From NCBI GenBank assembly GCA_964522195.1, contig CAZFSV010000001.1, positions 44,680 to 108,679 on the forward strand: DNA of 64,000 bases. The letters run 5' to 3'. Both the position numbers and the translations under genes were made by a program. The DNA comes from an uncultured Candidatus Saccharibacteria bacterium. Lineage in GTDB: Bacteria; Patescibacteriota; Minisyncoccia; Phycocordibacterales; UBA9973. How positions within the stretch are numbered: position 1 is the stretch's first letter; each line of letters opens with the position of its first letter. The notes below the pieces were generated by a model. The model had not been told where the DNA came from and ran no database searches. It was given only the letters and a program-made list of their open reading frames with translations. Positions 42,785 to 50,419 of the stretch are shown in pieces.

Positions 42785-42991
42785 TTATTTTAATAAATCC
42801 TCCATAGGAACGCCTAACGACTTGGCGATTTTTTGGATTGTTTGAACACTTGGTTTTGTGACAACACCACCCTCAATTTTTGTAAGAGTAGAGTATTTGA
42901 TGTCCGCTTTCTTTGCCAAGTCGTCTTGCGTCAATCCTTGTTTTGTTCGTATTCGTTTTATGTTTTGTGATATAGTTGCCATAGTATCCAA
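42785..42991 (-). CDS. XRE-family HTH regulator
   Basis: IKRIRTKQGLTQDDLAKKADIKYSTLTKIEGG..PSVQTIQKIA. Confidence 0.93.
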   Translation of the reverse strand: MDTMATISQNIKRIRTKQGLTQDDLAKKADIKYSTLTKIEGGVVTKPSVQTIQKIAKSLGVPMEDLLK

Positions 42992-43089
42992 ACTTTGATA
43001 GTATTATCTTATGAGTAGATTCTTTCTTTGCTCACAAAACAATGATAGCAAAAATTATGGATTTTATCAATCTGTATTTTCTAATTTTG

Positions 43090-43407
43090 TAGCCGCCGAA
43101 TTTCCGAAAACCCCCAGTCCGAAACCCGCCCGCATTCCTCCCCAGACCCCTCCTGCGGGCGGGAAATCAGCCGAGGCAGGGCGAATCCAAAACCCCAGAC
43201 AAATTGTTTCGCCCTGCCGAGTCCATTTTATTAGTTTTAATCGTTTGGATTTTCTTCGAAAAAAGTTCGAATTTTGTCCAGAACATACCGCAACAAATCG
43301 GAATTCAAATTTCCGCAAAAAATATGGTCGGCACGAAGTGCCGTCTGTTCTGAATTCCCCCCAAAAAATCCTGAATCTGAAAGGGTTCGCCACGCAGAGC
43401 GTGGCTC
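43090..43407 (-). repeat. Internal inverted copy of the element's circular junction (arm B - GCGG - arm A; attP-like, 318 bp)
   Basis: 43090-43291 is the reverse complement of 41281-41482; 43288-43407 is the reverse complement of 44821-44940; they overlap at CCGC 43288-43291. Confidence 0.93.
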
Positions 43408-43428
43408 CTCGTTAGCCAATACAACAAT

Positions 43429-44973
43429 ATGAATAATCAAACTAGAAAATTTTTTATATATACTCGCAAATCTACCGACACCGAAGATCGGCAAGTTAGA
43501 AGCATTTCGGATCAACTGGCCGAATTAAAAGAATTGGCGGTAAAAGAACAAATTGAGGTTATAGATATTTTTGTGGAAAAACAAACTGCTAAAGCTCCGG
43601 GTCGGCCAGTATTTAATGAAATGCTTCTCCGTATCGAAGCAAATGAGGCAAATGGAATTTTAGCGTGGCATCCCGATAGATTGGCTAGAAATAGTGTTGA
43701 TGGTGGTAAAATAATATATTTGCTCGATACAGGGAAAATTACCGAGCTAAAGTTTCCAACTTTCTGGTGTGATACAACTCCGCAAGGTAAGTTCATGCTT
43801 TCTATTGCATTTTCACAATCCAAGTATTATGTGGACAACCTAAGTGAGAATATTAAACGAGGTCATCGTAACAAAGTGAAAGAAGGAATATGGCCTCAAA
43901 TGTCGCCGATTGGATATGTAAATGTGAAAGGTGCTGGAATTGTACCCGACGAGAATATTGCCCCTTTAATCAAGAAAATATTTGAGGCCTATGCAACTGG
44001 AAATTTCACTTTGCGACAACTTCACGATAAGTTTAATGCTCTTGGATTGAGTAGAAAGAATAGAAAGGTGCTTTCCGTTTCCAACTACCAACAAATTTTG
44101 AGAAATCCGATATTCACTGGCTTAATGAGATATGGTGGTGAAATCTATGAAGGAAAGCACAAACCGATTATCACAAAGAAACTTTTTGATTCCGTTCAAG
44201 AAGTGATGAGCCGAAAATCTAAACCGCATAGCAAAGGACTAAAGTCATTTTTGTATAGAGGATTTTTCCGTTGCGGAGAATGCGGCTGTTTCATTACTAC
44301 CGAAACACAAAAAGGTCATAACTATTTACGATGTACTAAACGGAAAAATCCTTGTGAACAAAAATATGTCCGCGAGGAACTCATCACTTCTCAAATTAAG
44401 GAAGAAATCAAAAAAGTTTCTTTACCACTCGATTGGGCAAATTGGATGATTGTCGAAAACGAAAAAGACCGACAATCAGAAAATCAATCGAGTGAGATTT
44501 TTTCTCAAAAAACAAAAGATGAAATTTCTCTTTTGGATTCAAAAGTTGAAAAGTTGATGAACTTATATTTAGAAAATGTTTTGTCTTTAGAAGAATATCG
44601 AGATTCTAAAAATAAGTTAGTTAATCAAAAACAACTTTTAAAAGAGAAATTATCAGCTTTTGAGAAAAAATCTCATAATCGGTTCGAACTTACCGAAAAT
44701 TTTCTAAAAGCTAATATTCATATCGTGGAATTGGCTAACGAGAAAACAAATGAAGAAAATCTTCATTTGTTTAAAAAAGTCGGTTCGAACTTTTTAATTA
44801 AAGATCGAACCGTACTTTTTGAGCCACGCTCTGCGTGGCGAACCCTTTCAGATTCAGGATTTTTTGGGGGGAATTCAGAACAGACGGCACTTCGTGCCGA
44901 CCATATTTTTTGCGGAAATTTGAATTCCGATTTGTTGCGGAGGGTGGGAGATTCGAACTCCCGATGCCCGTGA
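43429..44973 (+). CDS. Large serine recombinase/integrase whose 3' end crosses the att site into the tRNA
   Basis: YTRKSTD, WHPDRLARN, PIGY and CGECGC Zn ribbon; last codons are antisense tRNA sequence. Confidence 0.95.
   Translation: MNNQTRKFFIYTRKSTDTEDRQVRSISDQLAELKELAVKEQIEVIDIFVEKQTAKAPGRPVFNEMLLRIEANEANGILAWHPDRLARNSVDGGKIIYLLDTGKITELKFPTFWCDTTPQGKFMLSIAFSQSKYYVDNLSENIKRGHRNKVKEGIWPQMSPIGYVNVKGAGIVPDENIAPLIKKIFEAYATGNFTLRQLHDKFNALGLSRKNRKVLSVSNYQQILRNPIFTGLMRYGGEIYEGKHKPIITKKLFDSVQEVMSRKSKPHSKGLKSFLYRGFFRCGECGCFITTETQKGHNYLRCTKRKNPCEQKYVREELITSQIKEEIKKVSLPLDWANWMIVENEKDRQSENQSSEIFSQKTKDEISLLDSKVEKLMNLYLENVLSLEEYRDSKNKLVNQKQLLKEKLSAFEKKSHNRFELTENFLKANIHIVELANEKTNEENLHLFKKVGSNFLIKDRTVLFEPRSAWRTLSDSGFFGGNSEQTALRADHIFCGNLNSDLLRRVGDSNSRCP
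44821..44940 (+). repeat. Arm B (120 bp) inside the integrase 3' end; inverted copy at 43288-43407
   Basis: Reverse-complement identity by inspection. Confidence 0.95.
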
Positions 44974-45024
44974 AGACATACAGACTTTCCAGGTCTGCGC
45001 ACTAGACCACTATGCGAACCCTCC
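44938..45024 (-). tRNA. tRNA-Ser(GGA), followed by CAA instead of CCA
   Basis: GGAGGGT/ACCCTCC-G; CAGAC-CT-GGA-AA-GTCTG; long variable arm; GTTCGAATC. Confidence 0.93.
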
Positions 45025-45270
45025 AAAATAATTTTTTAATTTGTTTTTTAAAACTTCTCTACCGTGACCAGTTTTGAAATATTTTTCTGCTTCTTGTGCA
45101 TCTTTTTTGTTTAAATAAGCTTCATAAAATATAAGATCAAAATCCCCATTTCTTGAAGTAAAATCAGAATTATGAGATTTGTGTTCTTTAATCCTTCTTT
45201 TTAAATCACTGGTAAATCCATAATACAGTTTACCATTTTTATGAAATTTTAATACATAAAAATAATACAT
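45010..45270 (-). CDS. Small GIY-YIG nuclease
   Basis: MYYFYVL...LYYGFTSDLKRRIKEH...FYEAY...AEKYFKTGHGR. Confidence 0.9.
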   Translation of the reverse strand: MYYFYVLKFHKNGKLYYGFTSDLKRRIKEHKSHNSDFTSRNGDFDLIFYEAYLNKKDAQEAEKYFKTGHGREVLKNKLKNYFGGFA

Positions 45271-45274
45271 ATTT

Positions 45275-45328
45275 GACCACTTCCGCCTCTTCGGCGGATG
45301 CGCCGTTGAGGCGCAATGCGAACCCTCC
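45275..45328 (-). pseudogene. Duplicate tRNA-Ser(GGA) 5' fragment interrupted by two hairpins
   Basis: GGAGGGTTCGCAT-[34 nt]-AGTGGTC equals the first 20 nt of the tRNA at 45024. Confidence 0.8.
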
Positions 45329-45384
45329 AATATATTAAATTTACACTATTTTAATAAAAAAGAAAGAAATGGTATAATATAGGT

Positions 45385-45524
45385 ATGGATCCGGTAGTAG
45401 ATTTTCAAATCATTACTGGGTAATAGTTTAGAGTAAAATATAAGTTTAGTTTTATTATTAATTTTAATTATATTTTCAAATAAAGTTTAAAAACAATTTG
45501 AAAATTCACTACAGGATGGAAACT
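45385..45524 (+). repeat. Conserved ~140-nt structured leader, copy 2; uORF at 45385-45423
   Basis: Near-identical to the reverse complement of 8553-8695; TATAAT at 45373-45378. Confidence 0.9.
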
Positions 45525-45770
45525 TTAATAAAAGCAGATATATTCTTTTTTATAGCAAGTATTGGTTTTATTATTATAACCTTTTTGTTTATTATTGCTC
45601 TTTATCATTTAATTAAAATCTTAAAAGATTTTGAATTCATTTCAGATAAATTACAAAAAGGTGTGAATTTCGCTTCTTCTAATTTAGAAGATTTAGCAAA
45701 GAATGTTAATGAAAGTTCAATTTTTCAAACTATCTTTGGTAAAAAAAGAAAAACAAAAAGTAAAAAATAA
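45516..45770 (+). CDS. Small membrane-anchored coiled-coil protein
   Basis: ATG at 45516; N-terminal TM segment, then heptads. Confidence 0.75.
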   Translation: METLIKADIFFFIASIGFIIITFLFIIALYHLIKILKDFEFISDKLQKGVNFASSNLEDLAKNVNESSIFQTIFGKKRKTKSKK

Positions 45771-45798
45771 TTATTATTAATTAAAAATATTTAATACA

Positions 45799-46206
45799 AT
45801 GAAAAAACAAAAAAAGGGTAGTAGTACATTAAAAAAAGGTGTAGTGGTAGGCGCTCTAGGGGCTTTGGCTTATGAATTTATGGGTCCAGATGGTAAGAAG
45901 AATAGAGCTAAAGTTATGAAACTTGGTAAAGAATTAAAAGAAGAAGCATTTGATATGATTAAAGATGTAAAAGAGGTGGTAGGTCCTACTTATAAAAAAG
46001 TTAAAAAAGAAATTCAAAAAATAGACCAGAAGGAAGTAAAGAGAGATGTAAAGAAAAAGATTGTAGAAGCAAAGAAAGATGTGAAAGCTGTAGTAAAAAA
46101 TATTAAAAAAAATGCAAAAAGTACAGCAAAAAATATAAAACAAGATACTAAGAAAATCGTAAAGACCGTAAAGAAAAATGCAAAAAAAGTTTTATCTAGT
46201 AAATAA
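45799..46206 (+). CDS. Lysine-rich small protein (YtxH-like N-terminus, histone-like basic tail)
   Basis: VVVGALGALAYEFMGP followed by K-rich repeats. Confidence 0.65.
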   Translation: MKKQKKGSSTLKKGVVVGALGALAYEFMGPDGKKNRAKVMKLGKELKEEAFDMIKDVKEVVGPTYKKVKKEIQKIDQKEVKRDVKKKIVEAKKDVKAVVKNIKKNAKSTAKNIKQDTKKIVKTVKKNAKKVLSSK

Positions 46207-46993
46207 AAAAGAAGGCGAAACACCTCTGGAATCTCTAGAGGTGTTTCGTATTAAGAATAAGATTCCTTTTGATATACCTATGACTTATGCGGGGAGACTC
46301 GATCCGTTGGCTTCTGGGCTATTGATTATTCTCTCGGGTGAAGAATGTAAAAACAAAGAAAAGTATTTAAACCTGGACAAAGAATATGAGTTCTCAGTTT
46401 TATTTGGCTTCAAAACTGACACATATGATATTTTAGGAAAAGTTATAGAGATAACACCTAAAGCCCTGTCTGGAAATCTTGCAAATGTTTTACCTTTGCA
46501 AGACACAAAGAGTAACCCTTTGCAGAAAGAAGAATTAGAATTGGAGAAATTGATTAAGAAAAATTTAAAATATTTTAAAGGAAAAATAATTCAAAAATAT
46601 CCTATGTATTCTTCCAAAACCATCGACGGGAAGCCATTATTTGCTTATGCTCGGGAGAATAAAGAGGTTGATATTCCTGAGAGAGAAGTATGGGTTAAGA
46701 GTCTAAAATATTTAAATCTTAAAAAAGTATCTTCTAAAAATCTTTTACAAAAAATAGAGAAAAGAATAAATAAAGTAGGTGGTGATTTTCGTCAAAAAGA
46801 AATATTAAAGATTTGGGAAAAAGAGCTTAACAATGAAAAAATGCCAAAGCGTTTTTTCATCGCGTTTTTCAAAACTCGGGTAAGCTCTGGGACTTATATA
46901 CGCTCTATAGCAAATATGCTAGGCGAGAAAATATCTATACCAAGCCTAACTTTTTCTATTAAAAGAACCAAAGTAGGTAAATATAGTATTTAG
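46178..46993 (+). CDS. truB: tRNA pseudouridine-55 synthase TruB-like
   Basis: YAGRLDPLASG, KEYEF, TDTYD, PMYSS...GKPL and SSGTYIRSIA. Confidence 0.85.
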   Translation: MQKKFYLVNKKEGETPLESLEVFRIKNKIPFDIPMTYAGRLDPLASGLLIILSGEECKNKEKYLNLDKEYEFSVLFGFKTDTYDILGKVIEITPKALSGNLANVLPLQDTKSNPLQKEELELEKLIKKNLKYFKGKIIQKYPMYSSKTIDGKPLFAYARENKEVDIPEREVWVKSLKYLNLKKVSSKNLLQKIEKRINKVGGDFRQKEILKIWEKELNNEKMPKRFFIAFFKTRVSSGTYIRSIANMLGEKISIPSLTFSIKRTKVGKYSI

Positions 46994-47007
46994 GTTATAA
47001 TATTAAT

Positions 47008-49995
47008 ATGTCTTTATTTGATCTAGAATATAAAAAACTAAATTCAAAGCAAAAAGAAGCCGTAGATACTATAGAAGGCCCCGTTATGGTGGTAGCAGGT
47101 CCGGGTACAGGTAAAACTCAGATTTTAACGCTCCGTATTGGAAATATTTTAAGAAAAACTGATACAAGCCCTGATTCAATCCTTTGTTTAACTTTTACTC
47201 GTTCGGGAGTTCGTGCAATGAAAAATCGCCTTTTAGAATACATAGGTACAGACGCTAATAAGGTAAATATTTCTACTTTTCATTCTTTTGCTATAAAAAT
47301 AGTAGAAGAGAATTATGATTTACTTGATTTTGATCAAATACCAAAAATTCTCGAAGAAGACGAAGTAGTTTTTTTGATTGATGATATTTTACAAAATTAT
47401 GATTGGCAATATCTCCGTCCTCGCAACAACCCTCAAATGTATTTTAATGATTTAAAATCTTTGTTTTCTATTTTAAAAAGAGAAAATATTACTGTAGAAG
47501 AATTTTTCTCTCAGGTAGAGCGCGATATAGAGAATTTAAAAAATGACCCTGATAGTATCTCTTCGAGAGGAGAGAGTAAAGGGAAACTTAAAAAAGAAAT
47601 TGAGAAAAAAATAGAAGGTTTAAATAAAACCTTAGAAGTTGTAGAGTTTTATAAAATATATGAAGAGAAAAAGAAAGAGTTTGCTTTGATGGATTATGAT
47701 GATGCCCTAGAGTATGCTCTAGAGATTGTAGAGAATTCTTCTGATGTTAAATCTTCTATTTTTGAAAATTTCCTTTATGTTTTAGTAGATGAGCATCAAG
47801 ACTCAAGTGGTATTCAAAATAAATTCTTAAAAGCAGTTTGGGGTGGAATTGAAAATCCAAATATTTTTGTGGTGGGTGATGATAGGCAACTTATCTATGC
47901 TTTTTCTGGAGCGAATTTGTCTTATTTTGAAGATTTTAAAAATTATTTTGGAAAAGCACATTTGATAACTTTAGTTGAAAATTATCGTTCTACAGAAAGG
48001 ATTTTGAATCTAGCTCATGATTTACTTAAAAGCTCTATTTCACCTGAAAAGTTAAAAAGTAATAAAAAAGAAGATGAAAATATTTATTTAAAAGAATACG
48101 ATTATCCTCGTGATGAAATACTTGGCGCTGCTCTTTATTTTAAAAATCTGATTGATAAGGGGGAGAAGGCAGAAGAGATGGCTATTTTGGTTCCTAAGAA
48201 TTACCATGTCAGAAACGCAACTTCTTTATTGCGTAATATGAATTTACCAGTAGACAATGATAAAAATTTATCTTTATTCTCTTTAAATAAAACTGAATCT
48301 TTTCTTAAAATTTTAAATATTATAGATAATCCTTTTGATAATGTAGCTTTAGGTGAACTTATTTTAGATAAAGTAAGCAATATAGAAATTCTCGAAGCTC
48401 ATAAATTTCTGCGTTCTAAAAAGAAAGAAGAAATTGGGCTTCCCGATTTAATAAATCATACAAATGAGGTAGGTTTATTTGCAGGAGAAAATAATATTTC
48501 TGTGTTTGGCAAATTACTTAAAGTCTTTTTAGATAAAAAAGACGAAAAATTAACAAACCTTTTAAGTGAAATAGGTAATACTTTTTTTATAGATAAATCA
48601 GAAAACCATAAAGAGCTTTTAGAAAATGTTGAATTCGTTAGGACTTTTATTCATTTAGGGAATTTATTTGAGCAAAAGCATTTAAATCCAAAAATTAAAG
48701 ATTTCTTAAAATATATAGGTCGTCTGAAAGAATATGGCAATCATATTGATGTAGCTGTTTTAGGTAAAGAGTCAGGTATAGAAGTTATGACACTACACAA
48801 ATCCAAAGGTCTTGAATATAAATACGTTTGGATTGCTCATATGAATGAAGAAGTTTTAATGTCTCAAAAAAGAATGCCTTTTACTTTACCTGAATATGTA
48901 AAAAATCGCTTAGCGAAAAGAGACATAGAAGACGTTAAAAGAGAGCTTTATGTAGCGATAACTCGGGCAAGAGAATTTTGTACTATATCTTATGCAAATC
49001 AAAATTATACAGGAGGGGAACTTACTTTATCTTCTATTTTAAATGAGCTTGATCAACTTCATTTTGAGAAAAAAAATAGTGAAGAAAATGAGCATGAGCT
49101 TTTAGAAAACAATATTAACGGAGCGAAAATTTTTGCTACTAATTTTGTAGCTCAATTAGAAGACAAGTCTTCTTTAGAAGAAGTGAAATTTTTTGTAAAA
49201 GAAAATTATAAAGACTCGGTGATTTCGGTATCTTTGCTTAATAACTTTTTTGAATGTCCTTGGAAATGGTATTTTAGAAATTTCTTGAAAGTTCCGGAAG
49301 TAAAAAGCATTTCACTTGCTTTAGGTTCGGCAGTTCACAATACCATAGAACATATATTAAAAAATAATAAAATTCCAAAAGAAAAAGAATTATCACATTT
49401 TATTTCAAAAGAACTTCTAAAAGAAGGGGTAGATGATGAAAAAGAGCTTATTCGTTTAGAAAAACAAGCTTTAAATATTATTTTAGATTGGCTAAACTCT
49501 TTTTATAAAAATTTAGAAAGAGAATACAAATCAGAACGATCAGTTTCTTTTAAAGATAAAGATTTAGATATTTCTATTTATGGTAAACTCGACCTTACTG
49601 AATGGCGAGAAGATAAAGCCATAATTATTACTGATTTTAAAACAGGTAAACCAAAGACAAAAAACGAAATAGAAAAAATAGATGAAGAGGGTAGACTTTC
49701 TTCTTATGTGCGCCAACTCGCTATGTATGCGTATTTAGTTTATGAAACCAGTGAGAAATATCCTGAAATTTGCAAATTGCTTTTCTTGGAAGCTGACAAA
49801 GATGATAAAAATAAGATTTATGCTACGAGTATTAATACCGAACAAATTGATTTACTTAAAAAAGATATAAAAGAATATGTTTTAAGTTTAGAAAATGCTA
49901 ATTGGGTAGAAAGAAAATGTAATTTTAAACCTTTTGGCGGCAAAAATGAATCTTGCCCAAATTGCACTCTTGCCCAAAAAATCTTTTTGAAATAA
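47008..49995 (+). CDS. UvrD/PcrA helicase with C-terminal PD-(D/E)XK (Cas4/AddB-like) nuclease
   Basis: AGPGTGKT, LVDEHQD, VGDDRQ, NYRS, TLHKSKGLE; GKLDL...DFKTG, QLAMY and terminal Cys cluster. Confidence 0.93.
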   Translation: MSLFDLEYKKLNSKQKEAVDTIEGPVMVVAGPGTGKTQILTLRIGNILRKTDTSPDSILCLTFTRSGVRAMKNRLLEYIGTDANKVNISTFHSFAIKIVEENYDLLDFDQIPKILEEDEVVFLIDDILQNYDWQYLRPRNNPQMYFNDLKSLFSILKRENITVEEFFSQVERDIENLKNDPDSISSRGESKGKLKKEIEKKIEGLNKTLEVVEFYKIYEEKKKEFALMDYDDALEYALEIVENSSDVKSSIFENFLYVLVDEHQDSSGIQNKFLKAVWGGIENPNIFVVGDDRQLIYAFSGANLSYFEDFKNYFGKAHLITLVENYRSTERILNLAHDLLKSSISPEKLKSNKKEDENIYLKEYDYPRDEILGAALYFKNLIDKGEKAEEMAILVPKNYHVRNATSLLRNMNLPVDNDKNLSLFSLNKTESFLKILNIIDNPFDNVALGELILDKVSNIEILEAHKFLRSKKKEEIGLPDLINHTNEVGLFAGENNISVFGKLLKVFLDKKDEKLTNLLSEIGNTFFIDKSENHKELLENVEFVRTFIHLGNLFEQKHLNPKIKDFLKYIGRLKEYGNHIDVAVLGKESGIEVMTLHKSKGLEYKYVWIAHMNEEVLMSQKRMPFTLPEYVKNRLAKRDIEDVKRELYVAITRAREFCTISYANQNYTGGELTLSSILNELDQLHFEKKNSEENEHELLENNINGAKIFATNFVAQLEDKSSLEEVKFFVKENYKDSVISVSLLNNFFECPWKWYFRNFLKVPEVKSISLALGSAVHNTIEHILKNNKIPKEKELSHFISKELLKEGVDDEKELIRLEKQALNIILDWLNSFYKNLEREYKSERSVSFKDKDLDISIYGKLDLTEWREDKAIIITDFKTGKPKTKNEIEKIDEEGRLSSYVRQLAMYAYLVYETSEKYPEICKLLFLEADKDDKNKIYATSINTEQIDLLKKDIKEYVLSLENANWVERKCNFKPFGGKNESCPNCTLAQKIFLK

Positions 49996-50027
49996 AAAAA
50001 GCAGCTTGTTATTAGCAACAAACTGCT
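49994..50027 (-). terminator. Intrinsic terminator for a minus-strand RNA (also convergent with the helicase gene)
   Basis: AGCAGTTTGTT-gctaat-AACAAGCTGC-TTTTTTT on the minus strand. Confidence 0.8.
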
Positions 50028-50333
50028 CTGTTCTTTTGTTTCTGAGTACTTAGATGTTTCATTTCCCCAGACGCTAGAGAATCTAGAGGTTAGCGGTCGC
50101 TTGCACCTACCAATAGCTTATCGTAGCTTGCCACGCTCATTATCGCTTTACACTTCCGCACGTATCATTGCATATTTGAAGTGTGTATATAAAAGAACTA
50201 AAAATAATTTTAACTTGCATCAAGCATTTGATGCTAAGTTTATCAAAGAACTTTTTGTCTTTATCAAGAGAAAAGACAAGAAAACTACAAATTTAGTTAT
50301 TTCAACTTTTTCTTTTAAAAGAATCAATAACTT
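49994..50333 (-). ncRNA. Putative small RNA containing a miniature 23S rRNA domain I-like core (50031-50147)
   Basis: GCGATAATGAGCGTGGCAAGCTACGATAAGC and GGGGAAATGAAACATCTAAGTAC resemble conserved 23S 5' segments; flanked by promoter and terminator. Confidence 0.7.
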
Positions 50334-50338
50334 GTTTT

Positions 50339-50367
50339 AGTGTAGCGTTGTTTTATATGTTAGTCAA
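50339..50367 (-). promoter_or_regulatory. Sigma70-type promoter for the 23S-like RNA
   Basis: TTGACT-17 bp-TACACT on the minus strand. Confidence 0.7.
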
Positions 50368-50371
50368 TTTC

Positions 50372-50400
50372 TTGCAAAAAGGCTCTTTTGAGAGTATATT
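50372..50400 (+). promoter_or_regulatory. Divergent sigma70-type promoter for trhO
   Basis: TTGCAA-17 bp-TATATT. Confidence 0.6.
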
Positions 50401-50419
50401 TTATATATTAAAAAATTTT

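Larger units (their letters stand above)
41281..44940. mobile_element. 3.66-kb serine-integrase element inserted at the 3' end of tRNA-Ser(GGA)
   Basis: GCGG core at both ends; joining the flanks gives TTGGCGGAGGGT, restoring the tRNA CCA end; carries integrase, XRE regulator and two cargo genes. Confidence 0.9.

Noticed and set aside
44763-45330. ORF 44763-45026 and the 20-aa N-terminal extension of the GIY-YIG ORF
   Set aside because: Both begin MEGSH because they translate the duplicated tRNA 5' sequence; not considered real coding sequence.
45385-45524. Programmed ribosomal bypassing from the uORF into the main ORF
   Set aside because: No matching in-frame GGG landing codon upstream of the main ORF in either copy.
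49994-50340. tmRNA, RNase P RNA or a 79-aa CDS (50101-50340)
   Set aside because: No tRNA-like GGGG...CCACCA ends and no RNase P GAGGAAAGUCC motif. The ORF is antisense to the 23S-like segment and has no recognisable features.
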